Assembly: GCA_964016885.1 (NCBI GenBank)
Contig: OZ024743.1
Span: 55,490,001-55,554,000 of the forward strand
Source: Eledone cirrhosa
Lineage: Eukaryota
Direction of reading: 5' to 3'
DNA: 64,000 nucleotides
Position numbers and translations under genes: made by a program. Under the pieces are notes generated by a model. The model was not told the origin of the DNA and did no database searches. It was given only the letters and a program-made list of their open reading frames with translations. Shown here piece by piece: positions 28,240-40,462 of the stretch (the stretch's first letter is position 1; the number at the start of each line of letters is the position of its first letter).

Positions 28240-28415
28240 AGTATTGGTAGAGCGTCAGACACCATGCTTTGCAGTATTGTTATGGTCCTTTGCATTCTAA
28301 GTTCAAATCCTGCCGAGGTTAACTTCGACTTTCATACTTACTAATTCGATAAAATAAAGTACCAGTAATGGACTGCCGTAATGGATTTGTGCCGAAAAAT
28401 AGAAACACTATTAAT
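28240..28415 (+). mobile_element. SINE family 1, diverged
   Basis: Contains aagttcaaatcc and cgataaaataaagtaccagt. Confidence 0.7.
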
Positions 28416-28963
28416 GTGCAATAAGAGCAAAATATAACGACATTGCTCAATTATTTTATCTAATGTTGTAATAACACAAGGAAATGTTGTTTGTGTATTT
28501 TTTTTTATATTTGCTCATAGGCTTTTACAATTTCGCTCAGCCAACAACTATTAAAAAGTGAGTTGCTTAAGATAACAATTTAATCACAAATTGTTGCTAT
28601 CTTTTAATACACTCCAACAAGTCATCAAATTATGTACAATAAAAACAAATCTTATTAATTTGCTCAGGGAATATAAAGAAAATGTATATACACTGATAAT
28701 TGCAATTGTATGTAAATATTTTGTTTTTGTATTGTATATTTTATGTTTTCTATTATGTATAATATATTGATTTAATATTGATTGTTTTTTGTAGTTGTTT
28801 ATATTAAAAGTCTGAAAATATTTGTATACATCTTACACTAATATTTATAAGATAATTTATAATAACAATTACATAATCTAATTACATTACAACGATAATT
28901 TATTATTAATATATATCCTGTTTAACTAGAGTTATTACAAGCGTTGCCTTAAAAAAATATTAA

Positions 28964-29920
28964 ACTAGACATGAAAAATGCGCAAGCTCAAAAGTGCCAC
29001 AGAATGTTATAATAAACCTTCAAAAGTGTGGGACTAGAGTTGTTGCTAAAAAATATTGTAATCATTATATATCGTACATTCTGTGGCATCCTTTATAAAA
29101 ATAGCTTAAACCAACGAAGCCTTTATTTTTACGCTATTTCACTTAGTTAATTCTTAGAGTGTAACATATAAAAATAAATACATCTATGTTTAATGTAATA
29201 ACAGCTATAAATAATTACGTAATATTATTATCATATACTCATAGTAACAAAATAATTGTGTTGAAACTTAATATGATGCTTATATGAACGATCAAATCTA
29301 TAATGATAATTTCTTAAATATACTAATAGTAAAATAATTTAGTTATCTATTGTTACATTTTCATAGAACTATAATATTAACAATCGTATTGCATTATCAA
29401 ATTTTTATCACTACAAACTTTCATATTGGAATTACCTTAAGCCACTTATTATTACTTCGCTTTCGTACTTTTACAGCTGTAGATATTGCGCTGTATCTTA
29501 TATCTAATATCAATATCTCGTGGTAATTTGCATGAAGTGTAAAATAGGTTTATTAATAACTTTAATATGAAATGTATTATACAGGGCTGCGGAGTCGGCC
29601 AAAAATTGACTGGCTCCAACTCAGGATCCGATACTCCATTATTTCCTAAATTTCAGCTCCGCAGCTCTGTTATTATATTAATTAATTTATTTTATAGTTG
29701 TAAATCATATTTTTATATGTTACACTCTAAGAATTAACTAAGTGAAATAGCGTAAAAATAAAGGCTTCGTTGGTTTAAGCTATTTTTATAAAGGATGCCA
29801 CAGAATGTACGATATATAATGATTACAATATTTTTTAGCAACAACTCTAGTCCCACACTTTTGAAGGTTTATTATAACATTCTGTGGCACTTTTGAGCTT
29901 GCGCATTTTTCATGTCTAGT
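28964..29920. repeat. 213-bp inverted repeats (28964-29176 and 29708-29920) around an AT-rich spacer
   Basis: Arms look identical by eye. No TSD or hammerhead seen. Confidence 0.85.
29582..29669. mobile_element. 88-bp MITE, hAT-like
   Basis: TIRs CAGGGCTGCGGAG and CTCCGCAGCTCTG. The 8-bp flanks gtattata and ttattata resemble a TSD. Confidence 0.7.
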
Positions 29921-30202
29921 GTATGTATGTATGTATGAATGTATGTATGTATGTATGTTTGTATGTATGTATGTGTGTCACTATGTCGGGTCACTCTTGA
30001 GTGTTACTGGTAACATGTAACCCAGTACAACTTGTCGCATGGTCGGGTCGTCGCCGACTAAACCGGCAACCCCACCAAGTTTACTGCAGGACAAAAAACA
30101 AAACCTGACAAAGGGCGGAAGAACTCATAAGAGTCAACGGCCATCCAAAAGTGTGTACATATGTATATACACATGTACATATGTATGTATATGTGTATAT
30201 AC

Positions 30203-30280
<78 letters not shown>

Positions 30281-30314
30281 AGATTTGAATGGATACAGTT
30301 TAGTTGAAAGGAAT

Positions 30315-30434
30315 TTATTGACACGTGTTTCTATAACAGTTACATAACCTAAAACAGCTGCTATCTACAAACTTTTAGTTATGCAGACATTCAATATTTC
30401 AATGTTATTATTTACTGTCATTTCATCAGAATAA
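30315..30434 (-). ncRNA. Inverted copy of the long-stem-II hammerhead
   Basis: Reverse complement of 30818-30937. Confidence 0.78.
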
Positions 30435-30817
30435 TATTACTGAGGACCTATTTAGTTTTTATAGAGAATATTAGGAGGGAGGGGTGAAGTTGTTAGAAGA
30501 ATAGTTGAAGGAGTGGTTTTTCGATAGCAGTGAGAATTCTTGGTGGCAGTGAGTAATTAGATTCCCATCTGTTGTTTTGACATTTTTTATAGAATATATT
30601 ATTGGTTATTTTTCTAAATCTATAGATTTAGAAAAATAACCAATAACCAATAATATATTCTATAAAAAATGTCAAAACAACAGATGGGAATCTAATTACT
30701 CACTGCCACCAAGAATTCTCACTGCTATCGAAAAACCACTCCTTCAACTATTCTTCTAACAACTTCACCCCTCCCTGCTAATATTCTCTATAAAAACTAA
30801 ATAGGTCCTCAGTAATA

Positions 30818-30937
30818 TTATTCTGATGAAATGACAGTAAATAATAACATTGAAATATTGAATGTCTGCATAACTAAAAGTTTGTAGATAGCAGCTGTTT
30901 TAGGTTATGTAACTGTTATAGAAACACGTGTCAATAA
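30818..30937 (+). ncRNA. Type-I hammerhead with a 91-nt stem II domain
   Basis: ttatt CTGATGA aatgacagt...actgttata GAAA cacgtG TC aataa. Palindromic stem III, GUC triplet. Confidence 0.78.
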
Positions 30938-31084
30938 ATTCCTTTCAGCTAAACTGTATCCATTCAAATCTTTCTATTTTTCTCCGGATTACTTTTGGAA
31001 CTACAACTGGAACCGTCGAGCAAACTCTACGTGAGCTGATAATCTACTGTGTGTAATATTTATATTACAACACAACGGAAAATA

Positions 31085-31147
<63 letters not shown>

Positions 31148-31172
31148 TGTAATAAACAACATAAGGCAATTA

Positions 31173-31229
31173 TTCCATTTACCAGTGGTTTTTTAAAACC
31201 CAACATTTTCCTTTCAATCTCAGAATGAA
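31173..31229 (-). ncRNA. Family B distal hammerhead (damaged core, GUA triplet), 3' pLTR
   Basis: Reverse complement reads ttcatt CTGAGA ... AAAA ccactgG TA aatggaa. Confidence 0.6.
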
Positions 31230-31403
31230 AAAATCGTGGTCTGTTTATTGAATTTGGATTTTACAAACAAAAATGCAATCTATATGAAAGTGAGACTGGA
31301 GAAAGAAGAAGGAAAGGAAAAATAAAATAAAAACACACATGCAAACACAAACACACACACACACACAAATACATACTTACACACACACACACATATATAT
31401 ATA

Positions 31404-31445
<42 letters not shown>

Positions 31446-32045
31446 CACTCATACATACACACACACACATATACACATATATATGTGTATATAAATACAC
31501 ACATACACATACATATACACATACATACATACGCACATAAATATCAACACATCCATACATACACATACATATATAGACACATATATATATATAGAAATAG
31601 AAATATATATATATATATATATGCATACACATACACATACATAGCCATACACACATACATATACATACATACATACATGCATACAATCATACATATATAC
31701 ACACGTACATACATACACATACATAAATGCATACATATGCATGTACAAAATTAGAAAAATATACACACACTTCTACATATTCACACACGCAAATAAATAT
31801 AAGAAAAAATATATATAAAAAATAAAATAATAAAGACTATTATACAGTTGACAGCAATACAAGCGACGAATAAATGAACAAACACGCGTGGTAAGCAATA
31901 CACACAAATGCACGTAGACATACGTACGAAAAAGTAAATACATACACACACTCTCACACATAAATATACATATACAAATACATAAACAAATACATACACA
32001 AACACACACACACACATATACATATATACACACACATATACATAT

Positions 32046-32097
<52 letters not shown>

Positions 32098-32212
32098 GCA
32101 CACACACATATACACATATATATATATACATACACACACACATACATACATAGCTATACAATTATACACATACAAATACGTACATATCACAAACACGCAC
32201 AACCAAATACAA

Positions 32213-32298
<86 letters not shown>

Positions 32299-32396
32299 AA
32301 AACTCAATCTTAGATAATTCATATGAACCTTATATTACTCCAAAATATACATATACATATATATATAGTAATGTAATAAACAACATAAGGCAATTA

Positions 32397-32456
32397 TTCC
32401 ATTCACCAGTGGTTTCTTAAAAGCAAAAAAAGTTTGCCTTCAATCATCAGAATGAA
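32397..32456 (-). ncRNA. Family B proximal hammerhead (intact core, GUG triplet), 3' pLTR
   Basis: Reverse complement reads ttcatt CTGATGA ttgaaggcaaactttttttgcttttaa GAAA ccactgG TG aatggaa. Confidence 0.75.
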
Positions 32457-32717
32457 AAATAAAACCTGGTCTATCTACATATATATATATATATACACAC
32501 ATATATATATATATATATACACATACACATACATACACATACATTTTCGTATGTGAAGGGTAAGGCAATAAGAATATATGGGGGGGGAGAGAGGGCAAAA
32601 AGACATAGGAAAAGGTGAAATATAAGGGGAGATAAGGGAGAAAAAGAATACAAGAGTACAGAACGTGGATTCAGCAGGTAAAAAAACCGTAGTAGAAGTA
32701 AAGAGCAGAGAAGGAGT

Positions 32718-34850
32718 TCAAGGCGGTTGAGTTATCATAGGAGTGTCAATCCAGTTACAGATAAGATGTGATTTCAGATGAGGACAACATCTGAAGATCT
32801 CGTTCTTTGAGTTTAGGCAAGCAGAAGTGGCTCTCAAGATTAGCAAAATCCTATATTTTTCTGTGGTACACAAAGAACAATTCTTTGTGCCCCTTTGGTA
32901 CTCCCTCGAATGGTCTAAGATAGACCAATCTATAGAGTACGGGATGTTACTATCCTTGAATTCCCACACCTTACTTGCGAGGGCCGTTGATGTTCGTTTA
33001 TCGGAGTGCTTAAAAGAAGCGACATGTGAGTAAAATCTGGTTTTAAACCTGTCCTGGGTCATGCCGACATATCGCTCACTCCTGGCTGGCTGGTTATTGA
33101 TTAACGGTGTTATTTTAGCCTCATAAACAACAGATTTGGTGTTACATTTACTCTGCAATGGGCATTCATCCGGCTTCCTTCAGCTGCATCCTGGATTTGT
33201 TGTCGTATTATTTGAACTAGTGATCTTGGACTTCATAGATGGGCAACAAGAGTAACTGATCTTAACTATGTTCCTATTAAATATTTTATAATATCTATGA
33301 TTAGGAGGAAAATGTTTGTCTAAGAGTTCAAGGAATTTCCTTCCTACATTAGTTTTGACAGATAGGGAGAAGGGGAGTGTGAACCAAATAATTTTCCTTT
33401 TCCTGTTATTGTGGTTCGTTTTAGTGGGGGGAGTAGGTAAATAAAAAATGTTTTCTGTAAAACCGCTGTTCTTAAGGGCTTTATTATAATAAGGCGCGGC
33501 TTTATTAAAAATGTCTATAGACGAAGATAAGGTAAAAATCCTACGGCTAATGTTAGGAATAAGATTATTAAAAACTATAGGGGGATGGCAAGACTCTTTG
33601 TGTATATACCTAAGATTTTCATTAGGTTTATGATAAGGTTTAAAAGAGGCGGTAAGTAGATCAAGATTAATATCAAGAAAGTTAGCATTGGTAAGGTTCG
33701 TATCTATAGTGATTTTAAGGTTAAGATTAGCAAAAGTATTGATTTAATCTTTACGGAATTTATCAAGGTTATGGCCGTTGGTGGTATGAGAAACTGCCAA
33801 TCCGTCATCACGGTATAAACCGATATTATGGGAAGGAAATTTCTCTTTGAGGGTGTGGAGAAGGAATAATCCTACTAAGTCACACACATCCGCACTGTCA
33901 TATGAAACCATTGCAACATCAAAAGAGTTTTCAGGGTTTGACTTTTTAACCCAAATATTTTCATTAGTAAAGAGTAAAGTTTTTCTAGCATGAAAGATAA
34001 TGTCTTCTTCTAATTTAGAAATATTAATGAAGGGTCTTGCAAAATCTAAGGCATTAGTTAATAAGGAAACAGTAATAGAGGGGTAAAAATCAACAATATC
34101 AAATTGGGTAAATCTACACTTATTTTTACCTTGTATATTATTAAACCAAGAAATAACAGAGGAAGTATTTAGCCACTGTGATAGGTCAGTATTAGTTCTA
34201 ATTTGGAGAATTATTTTTCTTAAGATTTTTTTACTTGCAAGGCCAACTTCGGATTTAGCCGGGTTAATCAGTCTACAACTAGGTCGATTAGTAAAGTCCA
34301 ATTTATGGTCTTTCAGGGTAATATATACTTTACGCTTAGCTAGGCTTTCAATCCGGTTGTCTATTTTTAAAGAACTAGCTAGTTCATTAGCTTCTTTATT
34401 GATAGTATTGTAGGTATTATTATTAGTTAATTGATATTTGTTGGTAATACTATTAGTTAAAAGTTGGTTATACAAAGTACTATTAACTTCAAAGAGATTT
34501 TTAGTTTTATCAGAAAGAACAAAGGTGTTTGTAGAATTTCTAAAATTAGAAATATCGTTAGATAGTTTAGTTTGAAAGTTATTATTGTACTTACGAAATT
34601 TGATATCACTAATTAGATTAACAAGGTCTAATTCGAAGTTGGCCATGTCTTTAATTCTAGGTGGATATTTACGGGATTTTATGTCAAAACAATCATTAGT
34701 ATCAGCACTGAATAGTCCATCGTAAACCATTGCCTTCCATCTCATTCTTTTAACGACTTGTTCGATTTTATCTATAAGCATTTTGGTATAAGTTGTGTTG
34801 GAAGGAGTAGGTATATTTTTGATTGAATAATCCAATTCATAAAGGTCCAT
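32718..34850 (-). pseudogene. Family B RT + GIY-YIG ORF in one frame with in-frame TAA (33744-33746) and TGA (33180-33182)
   Basis: Motifs SIKNIP, SDKT, QFDIVDFYPSI, VAMVSYDS (expected G replaced by V), LYRDDG, IIWFTLPFS, GCS*RKPDECPLQSKC, VVY..YVG, CSLCTTEK and CCPH. Manual translation is continuous across both stops. Confidence 0.9.
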
Positions 34851-35061
34851 GGTGTATGTTGGTTCAATTCCTGAAAACTGTAGAGTGCTCAACTAATCGG
34901 GCTGGAAAGAGCCAATCATATATGTAATATAGAATATGCTTCAATCAATCGGTTGGAGCTGTATAAATGAAGTAATTCCGTCGGAAAAGTCCAGGAAAAA
35001 AGAGTGCTCTATGTAGGTAACAGAGCTTAATAGTTATGTAATAAACAACATAAGGCAAGTA

Positions 35062-35120
35062 TTCCATTTACCAGTGGTTTATTAAAAGCAAAAAATTTTG
35101 CTTTCAATCATCAGAATGAA
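35062..35120 (-). ncRNA. Family B distal hammerhead (G12 lost, GUA triplet), upstream pLTR
   Basis: Reverse complement reads ttcatt CTGATGA ttgaaagcaaaattttttgcttttaa TAAA ccactgG TA aatggaa. Confidence 0.65.
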
Positions 35121-35231
35121 CAAATCCTGGTCTGTTTATTGAATTTGGATTTTAAAAACAAAATTGCAATCTATATGAAAGTGAGGCTGGAGAAAGAAGA
35201 AGGAAAGGAAAAATAAAATAAAAACACACAT

Positions 35232-35308
<77 letters not shown>

Positions 35309-35491
35309 TGCATACATACACACAGATATATATATACATACACTCATACATACACACACACATATACACATATATATGTGTATATAAATACACACATACA
35401 TACGCACATAAATATCAACACATCCATACATACACATACATATATACAACCACACACACATATATACACACATATATATATAGAAATAGAA

Positions 35492-35530
<39 letters not shown>

Positions 35531-35817
35531 TACACATACACATACATAGCCATATACACATACATATACATACATACATACATGCACACAATCATACCTA
35601 TATACACACGTACATACATACACATACATAAATGCATACATATGCATGTACAAAATTAGAAAAATATACACACACCTCTACATATTCACACACGCAAATA
35701 AATATATGAAAAAATATATATAAAAAATAAAATAGTAAAGACTATTATACAGTTGACAGCGGTACAAGCGACGAATAAATGAACAAACACGCGTGGTAAG
35801 CAATACACACAAATGCA

Positions 35818-37547
35818 TTTTCGATAGAAGAAATAACCTAAATAGCAGTGGAGAGTCGACCAGGAGGTGCAACTGTCCTGATAGATCCATTTGCCCCCTC
35901 GACAATAGATGCAGAGACCGTAATGTGATCTACCAGTGCAACGTGAGGACGGACACCTCCAACAAAGCTTATATAGGACTAACCGCATGTGACTTCAAGA
36001 CCCGGCTATACCAACATAGACATACCTTCCGAAACCCGGCCCGGCGTCACGCCACTACACTTTCGGGCCACATATGGGACCTCAAGGACAACAACATTAC
36101 CTATGATCTCACTTGGAGATTACTGTCCAGAGCCAGCTCTTACACGGGAGGACGCCGTCCGTGCAATTTATGCTCGGAGGAAACTTTACAAATGTTGTTT
36201 TCGACGGACCAACTCCTAAACAAGAAAGATGAACTGGTTACTGCATGTAAACATAGATTGCGTAGGACTTACCTCGCCCTCAAACCCCATAATGACCCGG
36301 GGGGGGGTAGACTAGGGCTATAACACCCCACTTGCCGATTTTGTAATGGGTAACCCCTGCTTGCCAAGGGAGACGTAAGATCTTTTTATTCTTTTATCGC
36401 TTCCTCTATATTTCCTCCTTCCCCCCATCCCTCCCTAGTCCTTCTACCCCAGTTCTTTTTCTTTGTCGGCGTATTTTTCTCGCCCACCCGAGGCAGCCCT
36501 TTGGCCCCTTGTAGCCTCAGTACCCCCACCCCCTCCCCTAGTCTATGATAGATTTGACGGACTCCGCTTTTTATAGCAGTTGTGTTAGACCTCGGATACT
36601 TGCCCCCTTATCCGACCGCTCCCCTTTTTTCCGTGCCTTCTATATTTCTTAGTGGCACCTCTGCCTTAATTTCTCGTTTCAGTATTTCTTTCTTTTCTTT
36701 TCTTTTGGGCGGGGTGGATTCTGAATTTTTTTTTCCGTATTCTACTTTTGCCTCGTACGAACTTTCATGTAGCTTGTATAAGAACTTTTGTAGCGTGACG
36801 GTACCATTAGAGTTAGCATTAGTATATTTTTTTCGGGACTCAGAATTATTATCTCGTACTAGTTTACTTTTCTGCACTGGGTGGTTGCTGGCCTTGTGCC
36901 CGGGGTAGAAACCTTTATTAATTATTTCGTGGTAGTTTCTTTAGTATTTTGGCCCCTTTGTTGACCCGTCACCGTATGATATACGTACTTATACCTCTTA
37001 AAAGGGTCCTTTCCTATTCCGTCCCACCTAGTTTATTTACTTATTTTTTTATTTCTTTATTTCTTTATTTCTTTATTTCCTTATTTCTTTCTTTATTTCT
37101 TTCTTTCTTTATTTATTTATTTATCTAGCCTAGCAATAGCTAGAGACTTAGGTCGTAGAAATTGCTTATATTTTTTCTTTACATTTATTCGCTTTTTATC
37201 ACTCTCAGTATTTTTTTTTCATATATATATTTTTACCCTTCATTGTTCTACTTACCGTTTCGACTTCCTCCCCCTCCCCCTCCCTAGTATCTTCTTTGAC
37301 CTCATGCCCAGCTGTAGCCGGCACTACCAACGCTTGATTGGGTCTACTCCACCCCTCCCCTTTTTCTCCTACTGGCAAGTTTAGCCACCCTCTCCCCCAC
37401 TAATTTGCCATCACAGAATTACTACTAACTTGTAACCAATCCTTGTGACAATCACTTTGACCATATATGGAATTACCCCTTGAGAAGCTCGGCTATTTAT
37501 ATACCAGGATAAATTTTCATTTAGTCCAGAATTAGCCGTCGAAACGC
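35818..37547 (+). mobile_element. 5'-truncated Penelope-like family C (GIY-YIG end 35818-36323 plus about 1.2 kb 3' region), nested antisense in the family B upstream pLTR
   Basis: CNCPDRSICPLDNRC, VIY..YIG, FKTRLYQH and CNLCSEE..CKH. It interrupts a segment that is contiguous at 31912-32155. Confidence 0.88.
37476..37547 (+). ncRNA. 3'-truncated hammerhead with U3-A8 variant core at the family C end
   Basis: ccc TTGAGAA gctcggcta...tagccgtc GAAA cgc, followed by the junction with host sequence. Confidence 0.55.
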
Positions 37548-37606
37548 ATATACAATTATACACATACAAATACGTACATATCACAAACACGCACAACCAA
37601 ATACAA

Positions 37607-37714
<108 letters not shown>

Positions 37715-37812
37715 AAAACTCAATCTTAGATAATTCATATGAACCTTATATTACTCCAAAATATACATATACATATATATATAGTAATGTAATAAACAAC
37801 ATAAGGCAATTA

Positions 37813-37872
37813 TTCCATTCACCAGTGGTTTCTTAAAAGCAAAAAAATGTTGCCTTCAATCATCAGAATGAA
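37813..37872 (-). ncRNA. Family B proximal hammerhead (intact core, GUG triplet), upstream pLTR
   Basis: Reverse complement reads ttcatt CTGATGA ttgaaggcaacatttttttgcttttaa GAAA ccactgG TG aatggaa. Confidence 0.75.
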
Positions 37873-38130
37873 AAAAAAACAAAAAAACCTGGTCTATCTA
37901 CATATATATATATATACGAACATATATATATATATATATATATACACATACACATACATACACATACATTTTGGTATGTGAAGGGTAAGGCAATAAGAAT
38001 ATATGGGGGGGGGGAGACATAGGAAAAGGTGAAACATAAGGGGAGATAAGGGAGAAAAAGAATACAAGAGTACAGAACGTGGATTCAGCAGGTAAAAAAC
38101 CGTAGTAGAAGTAAAGAGCAGAGAAGGAGT

Positions 38131-38629
38131 TCAATGCGCTTGAGTTATCATAGGAATGTCAATCCAGTTACAGATCAGATGTGATTTCAGATGAGGACAA
38201 CATCTGAAGATCTCGGTCTTTGAGTTTAGGCAAGCAGAAGTGGCTCTCAAGTTTAGCAAAATCCTATATTTTTCTGTGGTACACAAAGAACAATTCTTTG
38301 TGCCCCTTTGGTACTCCCTCGAATGGTCTAAGATAGACCAATCTATAGAGTACGGGATGTTACTATCCTTGAATTCCCACACCTTACTTGCGAGGGCCGT
38401 TGATGCTCGTTTATCGGAGTGCTTAAAAGAAGCGACATGTGAGTAAAATCTGGTTTTAAACATGTCCTGGGTCATGCCGACATATCGCTCACTCCTGGCT
38501 GGCTGGTTATTGATTAACGGTGTTATTTTAGCCTCATAAACAACAGATTTGGTGTTACATTTACCCTGCAATGAGCATTCATCCGGCTTCCTGCAACTGC
38601 ATCCTGGATTTGTTCTCTTATGATTTGAA

Positions 38630-38630
<1 letters not shown>
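38131..38630 (-). pseudogene. Family B endonuclease-coding end duplicated in the upstream repeat
   Basis: NPGCSCRKPDECSLQGKC..YVG..CSLCTTEK, nearly identical to 32718-33210. Confidence 0.88.
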
Positions 38631-38692
<62 letters not shown>

Positions 38693-38927
38693 AAAAGAGC
38701 CAGGACCCCGACGGCTTGGCTCCGGCCGTTCCGACAGCTAGATATATGTAGTTCAAGGAAACGACAAAACAGAGGTACAAAATGTCTTAGTCTCACGCTT
38801 TATATGGAAAAGAGGAAAGAACGTTCGACGTGTTGGGCTTTATCTCTTCTTCAGGATTACAACAAGACAGCATCACAATGGATACATACAGAAAATAAAA
38901 GGTAGTCCAAGTATAAAAAAAAGAAAA

Positions 38928-39094
38928 TAATTGTTTCTACTTTAGGCACAAGGCCAGCAAATCCCCAGTACATTACTGGTACTTTATTTTATCGACCCCG
39001 TAAGGATGAAAGGCAAAGTTAACCTCGGCGGGATTTGAACTCAGACTGTAAAGGGACGTAACTATGCTAGAAAGCATGGCGTCCAACCCTCTAT
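38928..39094 (-). mobile_element. SINE family 1
   Basis: Matches 3303-3470. Confidence 0.85.
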
Positions 39095-39172
39095 GGAAGA
39101 CAAATCGTTACGTAGTCTTGGTAACGGTTTTGGAACGGAAAGTGAAACGTGTGTGTATTAGTGTCGATGTTA

Positions 39173-39240
<68 letters not shown>

Positions 39241-39252
39241 TACATACAGATA

Positions 39253-39368
<116 letters not shown>

Positions 39369-40050
39369 TAATATTTGTCTTTTCTACTGCTGATTCTAAC
39401 AGTTTGACGGCCGAATCAATAAAAACACTGAAATATCGTTTCTTGCTGTTTTTGGGAAGTGGATTATTATTAATATCGCCAGTTTCCGGTAAAGTCCGGA
39501 TGTATTATATAAAAGTGTTTGTGTAGTAATATCTTCTGTCGATCTGTTGCAGGGAATGGCGTAGAACGGTTATTAGTCTCCTCACCTCTCTCACCTCATA
39601 TAATATTGTAAGGCATTGTTATATATTCAGAATGATTAAGTTCATTTTTAACTTTTATTGCGAGGTCATCCAAGGCAAATTCCTAGAGGTTACTATTATT
39701 AAAGATTAGAAGAGATGTGGCTTAGTTTGTTAGTTTCACCATCGTAAGTCCAGTCGTGAGTTCATTTTCTGGAACGGAACGTGTAACGAGATTTGTCCTT
39801 CAGCAAGGCAATTTTTTAAAATTTGTTTTAATTCACTCAGCTGAGGAAAAGGAGTTCCACCCATAATTCAAAAGACCAGCTTTGTCCCACCGAATCTCCC
39901 TGAGAACTATGTTAAGTGTGTTTGTGAATGTGGTTGTGAGACATTCCACATGCAAGGTAATTGATCGAGGAGGCTGTTCTGTTGATGATCAAATGGAAGT
40001 TATCACAACAAAAATATTTCGTTATAGAACATTCCATAGTGGACATTTAA

Positions 40051-40223
40051 CCCTCTAGCATGTAAATCGGCCATATCTGGTCATAACCAGCTGCTCATAC
40101 TTATATTAAGGTAATATATAATATAAAAATCTCATAGATTCGATATTATGAGATATTATGTGAAATAAAGTGTTTCCCGTGAAAATACGATAGTAAATAT
40201 AGAGTATTGTAAATGCTAAAGGG
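40051..40223. mobile_element. piggyBac-type MITE
   Basis: TTAA|CCCTCTAGCAT ... ATGCTAAAGGG|TTAA. Confidence 0.8.
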
Positions 40224-40375
40224 TTAAAATACAATTAATAGATCAGACGGAGAATTGGCAGAGTCATTAGGGTGTTGAACAAAGTGCTTTGCTGTCTCTT
40301 CACTCCGCCTTTCAATCATTGCTAGGCCGACACATACACACATACTAAACACACGAGCACACACGAGCACACACG

Positions 40376-40462
<87 letters not shown>

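Larger units (their letters stand above)
30276..31090 (+). mobile_element. ORF-less fold-back unit (spacer-less palindrome 30276-30976 plus tail), probably a heavily truncated PLE with inverted pLTR
   Basis: Arms are near-perfect reverse complements centred at 30622/30623, each with a hammerhead. Flanked by (TA)n. Confidence 0.7.

Noticed and set aside
38820-38860. Minus-strand cctgaagaagagataaagcccaacacgtc resembling a minimal hammerhead
   Set aside because: The GAAA box and stem II are lost, so it is too degenerate to call.
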